A stretch of DNA of 64,000 nucleotides, taken from the human T2T-CHM13v2.0 reference genome, Homo sapiens. The notes under the pieces are model-generated. The model was not told the origin of the DNA, did no database searches, and saw nothing but the letters and a program-made list of their open reading frames with translations. Shown here piece by piece: positions 54,729-64,000 of this stretch; within the stretch, counting starts at the first letter, position 1; each line of letters begins with the position of its first letter. The DNA is taken from assembly GCF_009914755.1 (NCBI RefSeq), contig NC_060929.1. One strand, 5' to 3'. A program made the translations under genes and the position numbers.

Positions 54729-55416
54729 TTTATGGGATCTATAACGATTTCATCCTAGGGGACCTCTGTGACAAGCTAAGACTCTAGTTTGGTATTACTT
54801 TGGGCAGATTCCCTACACAGGGATTAGACACGGCCCATCAAACTCTGATGGCTGCTGGCATGCTGAATGGGTGTAAGAGAGGCAGAGGGCAGGAGAAAGA
54901 AATTGCGGCCAAGAGGAAGGCACAGCTCCCCCAACCCAGGCAATTACTCCAATTAGCCATGGGTCCCTATATTTTTTTCAGGATCAATTTGATGTACTGT
55001 GACTCAGCACCTCCGCCTCCTTCCTGTCTTCTAACAATTTCACCCTCCCCCAAGAAAATCTATTTCTTTGTTGATCATCTTGAGTTTTAAAGCTACTTAT
55101 CCAAAGCTTCTTATGGGGAGTATTAATGCTAATGGATTTAGTGCTAACCACACCAGTCAAGATGGCAACCACATCCATGAAAGGATATTCCTGTTTCCTG
55201 CCTCTTTCATGCTGGGGAAGTAATCAATAGGAAATTTGGAAAGGATATGAGTGTCGGAGAAAGAGGACATAATCTCCTAATGTTGACAAGGGCTCTCTGT
55301 CTTTCAGTAACTAACTCAAAGTTTCCTTTTAAACTTTGAAAGTGTGAAACACTACCTCTGACTGAGGAGCTCAGTCCTGGTTTACTTCCAAAGTCATCTG
55401 GAGCAGAATGGTCTGT

Positions 55417-55732
55417 AGCTGCGCTGTCCAAACTTAAGCCACTAGCCACAGGTGGCTCCTGAGCATTTGGAATATGGTTAGGCCAAATCGAGGTGTGCTG
55501 CATCAGTGAAATACACACTGCATTTGGAAAACTGTATAAAAACAGAATGCAAAATACCTGTGTAAAAATTTTAGGTTGATTACCTATTAAAACCATAGTA
55601 TTTGGATATATTGGACTAAATACAAATATGAATAATATTAATTTCACCTGTTACTTTTTATTTTTTAAATGGAACAATAGAAAATTTAAAATTACATATG
55701 TGGCTTGCATTATATTTCTATTAGACACACCA
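55417..55732. mobile_element. MER33/MER3-like hAT-Charlie element
   Basis: 'gcgctgtccaa...gccactagccacaggtggct...aaaattacatatgtggcttgcattatatttctattagaca'. Confidence 0.8.
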
Positions 55733-57370
55733 ATCTAAAGTAGCTGAGCTGTCCTTCCACGCAGTTAAATATCTAGGTTGGTATTCACTCTCACTCTGAT
55801 TTAGCTCATTTACAATGAAGTAGTGGGTCTTATAGACTTAAGCTATAGTTTTAGGAAGAAGCTATGTCTTGGGTAGCTAGGGCAGAGGCAGGAAATGGCA
55901 GAAACATCAAATCATAGTTAATTTAGTTTGAATGTAATTTTTTGTCCTTTTACACCAGGCTGTCCAGAAAATTTACAAGCCTTCATAAACAGTCTTAGGG
56001 TGATTCTCACTAGTTCAGAGAAAATTTTGGAGATGCTCTATTAAAATGATAACATTTAGTGTTTGAGAGAACATACGGGAGATAAGTCCTATCTAAACAG
56101 CAAATATTTATAGAACCTACTATGTGCAAGGCACTGTGCTAAGTGATGCTTCATGCTGAAAGGATTTCATATTTTATAGTGGAGATGGAAAACAGGAAAG
56201 CATGAAAATATTCTGTCTATTAGCCCAGTATCTCCAAACAAAAGAGGTAGGTCAATGTTAAGACTGTATCACACTATGGAAGTTGTGCTTTTATGAACTG
56301 GACAGACTGAATGCTCCACATCTGTATTCAGTTTGTTTTTAACATATTGTCACTTCCAAATCAGCCTTCAAAATTGTCTCATGTTTTCTTTACTCTTTCT
56401 ACATTACTGAGAGTATTAGCTATCTTTTCTCTTTCTACATTACTGAGTATTAGCTATGTTCTTTCTTGGGCTTCAGTGGGCCAAGCATCAGGCTAACCTT
56501 GTGTCAAATTTCACTACTTAGGAAAGATGAATTGTCAACACTCGCAACAAATATGGTATATTTAGTCTTTCTTGAGGGAAGAATGTGATGATGAAATTAG
56601 ACTCATATTAATCTGTGGTTGCCAAATATTAAATTCTTAGAATATCACAGGTAGGTCATTTATTTAGCTGTGCATCAAGCATAATTTTTTTTCATGATAT
56701 CAACATCTTTCAATATCTATAACAGCTTTTCCTTTGACATTTAAAAAGAACTATTTAAAAGCACAATATAATCTACCAATGTTTTGTAAAGAAATGACAC
56801 AATATGAACAGAGACCAATTATTATCAGTCTTCACTTAGAAGTTATGATGCCAAAACAAATCAATTCTAAATGAAAAAAAAAAGAAAACACCTCACAAAC
56901 CAAAAAAGAATTGATAGTGTATAATAGCATTAATGGCAAAAGTGAGCAAATGTACTATCAGAGTCCAGGTGAAACAACATATTCACATAACCCATTGAGA
57001 GGAGGGTAGAGATGGACCATGCTTTAGACATCTTGGCCCTTTTTTTTTTTTTCAAACATCAAGAGCAAAACCTAATGAGTTGTAACTAGAATTTTTAAAA
57101 AAGATACAAAATATCAATATTCATTACAAGTTGTAAGGGTAAGTACTGGTTCATGAAAAATCTTGCTTTAGTTGTCTGCCTGTGTATATGTGCAGGAGGT
57201 GTGTGCATGTTTGTGAGTACTGGATCATCATGTAAAATATCTCTTTATTATGAGTAGTCAAAATTATTTGAAGAGCATTATAAAACACATTTTAATGGAT
57301 AACTATCAAAATGATGAGTCTGAGATCCACAAAAATTAAGTATTTCCCCAAAGCTACAGAACTGATTTTA

Positions 57371-57613
57371 CATTTATGTTTATTTTTTAAATTTTTAACG
57401 TTTGTGCGCTTATAGTAGGTATGTATATTTATGGGGCACATGAGATATTTTGACACAAGCATGCAATGTATAATAATCACATCATAGAAAGGGTAATTCA
57501 TTCCCTCAAGCATTTATCCTTTGTATTATAAACAATCCAATTATACTCTTTTAGTTATTTTTGAATGTACAATTAAATTATTATTGACCATAGTCACCCT
57601 ACTGTACTATCAA
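57371..57613 (-). mobile_element. L1MA (L1MA2-like) 3' end with TSD
   Basis: 'gtatatttatggggcacatgagatattttga...aaacaatccaattatactcttttag'; TSD 'agaactgatttta' on both sides. Confidence 0.9.
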
Positions 57614-57905
57614 GAGAACTGATTTTAATAAAATAAATGGGCATAGAAACTTAATGACCCCCTATAAACTTCACCACACTAGGCTGGTATTTCATTTTAA
57701 TCTCAGGGATCCTACATTTGAATATGGAGAGAAGATTCTGCTTCAGGTTTTATAAAAATTGAAAAGCTTATTACTTCATAGATCCTTTTGTACATGACTT
57801 TGTAGACTATACAAATAAGGTGAAAGTGTACTGATACAAAGTTTTCTTCTAGTTCTATTTTAGGTCTAAGTAACAGCAATGGTTTTCATATTTAAGAAAA
57901 AGATG

Positions 57906-58335
<430 letters not shown>

Positions 58336-61054
58336 CTATCATGAAAGTGTTTTCTCCTTTTCTTTGGCTACTTAGGAGTTTCTGATCCAATAGAGAGCAC
58401 AATCATGAATTTTAACCAACTGCCAAAGGGTTCATTCAATAGATTTGGGTGTAGGATTCAGTATGATTGTTGTGTGAACAGAAAAAAGTCCGAATGGAAG
58501 TACTTAAAGAGATTAAGCCATTTTAAGCTATTGTAAACTATTGTAAACCGCCATTAGTCATTGAAAAAAGCTAAATGGAAGGGAAAGACATTTTGTAACT
58601 GTAAAAATGTATGTTCCAAATGGAAAAATAGTTGAGCATGTGTCTCCAAAAATGGGGATGTAATATATTCATTAACTTTTTACCATATTACAAAGATATA
58701 TTTTTATGATCTTTAAGATCATTAGCATCCACTTGAGGTGTATATTAAGAATGCAGTATCATAATACTTTATAATGTCTCCAGAGGCGAAATTTAGGTTG
58801 AGACAATATGAAGAACTTTGGACAAATCTTGTTATAGGATGCATTCTCTTCTTTTCACCAACCTACCCTGAGACCCTGAATCTTAATAAGATACACACAA
58901 AATGAACCCTGTTATTTCAAGTAATCCTGGCAATTTGCTTGTTTCTTTTCAGTAATAAGCATGAAAACGTGTACCTCTTTCTAGGAAAGTACCCTCTTAC
59001 CCTTGATTCTATAATATCTTAGGGTTGACTTAGGTACTTTTTTCCAAAGAATGTATGAATTACTTCTATACATGTGTAGATATATGCACATATAACTTAG
59101 ACAATTATATTAGAATATTTATGGAATTATTTTTAAATTACTGGTGGAATAAATATTTTTTAAGTATAGCTGTATTAACCTCACCAGTATTTTTATTGAC
59201 ATGTTAATTGTTGCAAAAACATATATTTTCATATAATTATCATTAACCTACAAACAATAACCTTCTGCATGTTTAAAGTGGTTGCAGAGCTTGTTATTAT
59301 AGACTGCTTTCAGTGCTGTTCATTTAGTATGCTGTGTTTTTAACACAAATGTAATCCACTCTGCATTTTCCATTTAAAATGCATAAGGCAAAGTGCATCA
59401 TAACAGGATGTAACTATGTATTAATCAAATTAGCACAACACTTCAAAGGCTTGGGCTTTTTGCTGGGCTACTGTTAGATCACAATTCATGAAGGAAAGAA
59501 GCAGCATAATGAAAGGCTTGGCAAGGGAGCAGTTTATTTTCTTTCCAGAAAGATATAGAGTGGGTTAATTTTCATGATGGGAAAACATGTTGAGAAGGGG
59601 TAACACTAAGCATTAAGCTAAAGAACAATAAGTGGAATTTAGAATACTAGGATATTTTTGCTGCTGATAAAACATAAATTCTATAATTATTTGATGACAC
59701 AACAGAACTCCAATGACCTGTAGTTAAATTATTAAATCTTCATGACCCAAACAAAATCCAGTATAGTTGATATTAATATTCAGAACATGGCAGATCAGAT
59801 GGTTCTTTGTCATTGTGAACAGCATGCTGTATAGCAATGAAGAATATAAAGTGTAGTGTATCCAAATACAGGACTCGATGCAAACGTAACATGTGACATG
59901 TAATATAGCATAATTGAAATTGATTATTGATCTTTTGGCTAGTGTTTTATTTTCCATAATCCTAAATATGCATACAGGATAGTGCATAAACAAAATAAAC
60001 TGGATAGAACTTAGCTAGGACAAGTGATAAAGAAGAAATCAGACAGCCAAATAAATGGAAGTCAATTATTTTGTAGACCATTCAACTGATTGTTATCATT
60101 AGATGCCTGATGCTCTGCAAACTTCCTCTTTATTGCTACTGACAGATAACAAATGAGCAACTAATTTCCTTTTAACCTAAAACTTTATTTTTCCTGGCAT
60201 GGGTCTTAGAATGAGGGGGACACAGTGAGAAGCACTCACCCCGCTCCAGCATTTTTCTAAACAGTAGTACAAGGTTGTTTTAATGGTAGGTTCCATTGTT
60301 TTTGTTCCTCTGTGTAAGACCATGTGGTCTACTTGATGCAAGAGAGAAAACAGACAATTTTCAAGACTAGATCTAGATGAAAGTGATTTTTATTTCTGAG
60401 TGATTATAGGTGTGTGCTACTGTATACAAACAAAGTCCTCTTTCGTGGTACATAAATCCAGATATCTGCACATGGGCAAAATATGTGTGGTATTTAGAGT
60501 AAGAAATGTAGAAGGAAAGAGAGCTGAGCTTTGTTCAGAAACTTGACAAAGGGGAAAAACAGGAGATAGGAAAGAAATGGGAAGGACAACTGAGGTGGTG
60601 TAAAGGAGAAATGATAAGGGTATAAAGGCAAGAAGAGATAAATTAGTGGGGAAGGGAGAGAAGCAGAGAGGTCAAGGAGAGACATGAATGGCTCATCCCC
60701 AGGGCAAGCAGTTGAGTTTAACTGGACACCTCACCTCTGCTCTCTATCTATAAAATGATGGTCATGGTGGTTGTGGTGATGGATTAGAGGAGTTTTAAAG
60801 AGTTTATAATTCTTCTTTTTCATTCTCATTCCGCTTTAATCAATTATTCAAAATTCTTGTATTTGTAAATACAAAAATACTGTAGCTTACTACTGACACA
60901 AGAATGGCAATGCACTAATGATAAAATCAATGTAGATGCTAAAGTATTTAGAAGTAGTAGCAAGCTTAAAATTCAAAAGTTCTGTAATCTGTGGCTCTAT
61001 GACTTTTTCTACAAGTACCCATCAATTTTTCCTTTTGTTTAATAAGAGAAAGGC

Positions 61055-61353
61055 TTTCTTTCTTTTTTTTTTTTTTTTTGGAGGCAGGGTCTCACTCTGA
61101 CATCCAGCCTGGACTGCAGTGGTGCGATCCAGGCTCACTGCAGCCTTGACCACCTGGGCTCAAGTGATCCTCCAGCCTCGCCTCCCAAAGTGCTGTGATG
61201 ATAGATGTGAGCCACTGCACCTGGTCTTTTTATTATTTTTTTTTAATTTTGTAGAGATAGGGTCTCACTATGTTGCTCAGGCTGGTATCAAACTCCTGGG
61301 CTCAAGGGATCCTCCTACCTCAGCTCCCCAAAATGCTGGGATTATTGGTGTGA
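61055..61353 (-). mobile_element. Old Alu monomers in tandem (FRAM-like plus FLAM_C-like)
   Basis: Two units, each ending in a 'cccaaa.tgctg.gat...tgag' 5' motif and each with its own T tract. Confidence 0.75.
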
Positions 61354-61519
61354 GGATTTCCATTTTTAAAAGGGAGGTTGCTACTTGCAGCAAAACCAGC
61401 ATTGGTCTCATAAACGAATTAAGAAATCAGGAGTGTTCACATTGCTAAATCCTACACTTTGCTTTTTTAGTTGTTCAGCTTTCTCTTTGAGAGAGAGTGG
61501 AATCCACGTGAACTAAGGA

Positions 61520-61740
61520 TTTTTTACCTGTACATTATTTGCATTTTGAACTGATAATTATTTGGCGGTGGTGAGGAGGAGGCATTGCTGCCCTGTGTGT
61601 TGTAGGGTGTTTGGCAGCACCCTTGGTCTCTACGCACTAAATGCCAGTGGCAACACCCTCCAGTTGTGATAATTAAATATGTGTCAAACATTGCCAAATG
61701 TCCCAGGGTGGCACAAATTATCCCTGATTGAGAACCACTG
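61520..61740. mobile_element. MER20 hAT MITE
   Basis: 'gtagggtgtttggcagcacccttggtctctacgcactaaatgccagt...acattgccaaatgtccc...ttgagaaccactg'. Confidence 0.88.
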
Positions 61741-61917
61741 ATCTAAACCGAATGTAGTTTCATACAGCCAGACACTCAAAGAACAAAGATAAACTAAATG
61801 AAAATCATTTTAGATTTCATAGCATATAACACCAAGTGGTCCAGGTAAATTGAAAAAAAACCTCCAGGTCTTAAGATACATTTGTATTAGACCAAATTTA
61901 TTTAAAAAACAAAATAG

Positions 61918-62237
61918 GGCCAAGTGCAGTGGCTCACACCTGTAATCCCAGTACTTTGGGAAGCCAAGGCGGGTGGGTCACCTGAGGTCAGGAGTTCGAG
62001 ACCAGCCTGACCAACATGGAGAAACCCCGTCTCTACTAAAAATACAAAATTAGCCGGGTGTGGTGGCACACGCCTGTAGTCCCAGCCACTTGGGAGGCTG
62101 AGGCAGGAGGATCACTTGAACTTGGGAAGCAGAGGTTGCCATGAGCTGAGATTCACCATTGCACCTCAGCCTGGGCAACAGGAGTGAAACTCCATCTAAA
62201 AAATAAAATAAAATAAAATAAAATAAAATAAAATAAA
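61918..62237 (+). mobile_element. AluSp/Sq-like element with (TAAAA)n tail
   Basis: 'accagcctgaccaacatggagaaacccc', 'ggcaacaggagtgaaactcc'. Confidence 0.95.
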
Positions 62238-62776
62238 CACCCAAACAGAGTGCATGGAGAAAGTAAATGAGTTTTAAGTAATAGCTGAGAGTAAAAAAAT
62301 TGCAAATGTAGTTATAACAGGTTTGACAGAGAGAAAAAGGGAGTGTGTGTCTGACTCCATTTAGGTCAAAGTCCACGATTTGTGACAAACTTTGAAACAG
62401 ATCAAATGAATTTAGTAAACACATGATGTGCTGCTCTGAAAACCTTACCAGAAAGACTAAAAATTAGAGTTAGGCCAGTTTATACTTACATCAGTCACTG
62501 ATTAGACTCCTGTAGCAGTAGGAAGCAACATGTCCCTTAATCTGATGACTTTCGGGTAAGGGAAAAATCAAATATTCTGTGATGACCTTGCTTGAAGTCA
62601 GTTTTTCTCCACAGCTTTGCTGGGGGTCAGAAGATTTAAATGGCAGGACTGTGACACTGCAGGCTAAGTCCGGGAATCATTTTGTTGAAGATCTTGTTTT
62701 TTAGACACTCAGATACCTAAGGGAGGCACATTATATAGGACAGGTAAGTGAGTGCCGGGACATTCAGATTTTCTCT

Positions 62777-62952
62777 GTGGTCGTTTCTCAAAGTCCAGTG
62801 TGCATCAGAATCACCTGCAGGCTTTATTAAAGTAAAGCTTGCTGGGCACCAACCCAGGGCTTCTGATTCATAGATTTGGGGTGGGACCTGAAAAAGTGCA
62901 TTTCTAACAAATTCCCAAGTAGTGCTGCAGGTGCTGTGGTCTAGGGCCACAT
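62777..62952. mobile_element. MER5A
   Basis: 'tttctcaaagt...gcatcagaatcacctg...ttctgattca...tgcatttctaacaaattccca'. Confidence 0.85.
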
Positions 62953-63039
62953 GCTGGGTGCATCTACCTCAGTGTTTTCCTAAATTAACCCTACACAAAG
63001 TTATTATTTCTTTCAGCTATTTTTTTTATTGCTTCTGTT

Positions 63040-63220
63040 TTAGCTATTGTGCCTTTCTCACATTTGCTTATATGTTGCCTCTGAATATGTCACTAATTTT
63101 TTTCATGGTGAAAACCTTGTCTCCTCCTATAGAATATTTGCTCTGCCTTTCACTTATCGCATAGTGCTGAGTACACAATAGATTCCTGATAAATGACTCC
63201 TGAATATAGAATGAATGAAG
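63040..63220 (+). mobile_element. L2 3' end
   Basis: 'gcatagtgctgagtacacaatag...ataaatg...gaatgaatgaa'. Confidence 0.6.
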
Positions 63221-64000
63221 ACAATGGAAAGTATAAACTACAATATATTTTATCCTTTTGATTTTTCTTCATCAAAAGTAGCTATGTTTTAGCTTGGCCT
63301 AATACCAACTCCATTTTCTTCCTACTTTAAATCTTTTTTCTCTGCATATAGACCTCATTTAGGAAGAAGACGAACACATATTATGGCTTACATACTTCAA
63401 CATGAAAAGCATATAAAAGGACTTTATAGCCATACTTCTATTTTCATTATCTAAGTGTATTAGTAAAAGCAAACCTATTACATCTTCCTTTTGAGAAGCC
63501 AAAAACATCTGGAATTTATGTTATGAGAAACAGCTTTGACAGACTTTATTTGACATGCACATCAACTGCTAAGAAAAAAAAATCACTAGAGGAAATGTTA
63601 AACTAAGTTATGACACTGTCCTGCCAACAGAAGATTGAGGTTGGTTTGTTGGCTGTATCTTGAAGATGCATTAAAATATGAAGGCACAAAAAGGACAGCT
63701 GTTTCGGAGAGATCAACCCCACATTATCCTAACTGATAAATAAATGTGCAATGTAATATATAATTCCGGTGTGGGGCTCCAGAGCTGAGATAATTCTTAA
63801 GAGCAGGGCTCAAGTGATTTGTCACCAGGCCCTTAGAAGCAACGCTTTGTGTTACGTTGCTGCACACTCTGCTTTTATTTAATGGGAGCTTTATCATTTT
63901 TATTTGATTTCTTATTTATATTTCAGAATTCTTGAAAGGTTATTCTGCTATCAAAGTGAAACTATGTATATACTGCCAAGCCATTTGAGCTCATATATGT

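Noticed and set aside
55444-55460. CTCF-like 'gccacaggtggctcc'
   Set aside because: Poor core match and part of the MER33-like element.

Overview
Primate (human-like) non-coding genomic DNA. Evidence: about a dozen Alu elements or fragments (AluJ/S types), L1PA/L1MA 3' ends, MIR/L2 relics, MaLR and MER4 LTRs, and hAT-Charlie MERs. I found no credible protein-coding exon, RNA gene or CRISPR array; the listed ORFs are explained by repeats, microsatellites or GC content. The main functional-looking element is a ~9.4 kb stretch without recognisable transposons (about 11.7-21.1 kb). It carries a cluster of CpG-rich modules, a near-consensus CTCF site, homeodomain/POU motifs, G4 motifs and CA/GT tracts, as expected for an orphan CpG-island or lncRNA-promoter/enhancer cluster. 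I cannot name the locus from sequence. The clearest structural oddities are: (1) a ~1.5 kb L1-mediated retroposed cassette (L1 3' end, unique DNA, MER4 LTR polyadenylated at its own AATAAA) bounded by target-site duplications; (2) a non-repeat ~160-185 bp inverted duplication at 0.6/1.6 kb; (3) a dispersed direct duplication at 9.6/11.0 kb that includes an Alu end; (4) a twin-primed inverted L1MA with a nested Alu. None of these shows a new biological system. Repeat subfamily calls come from recalled consensus motifs, and many boundaries are approximate.
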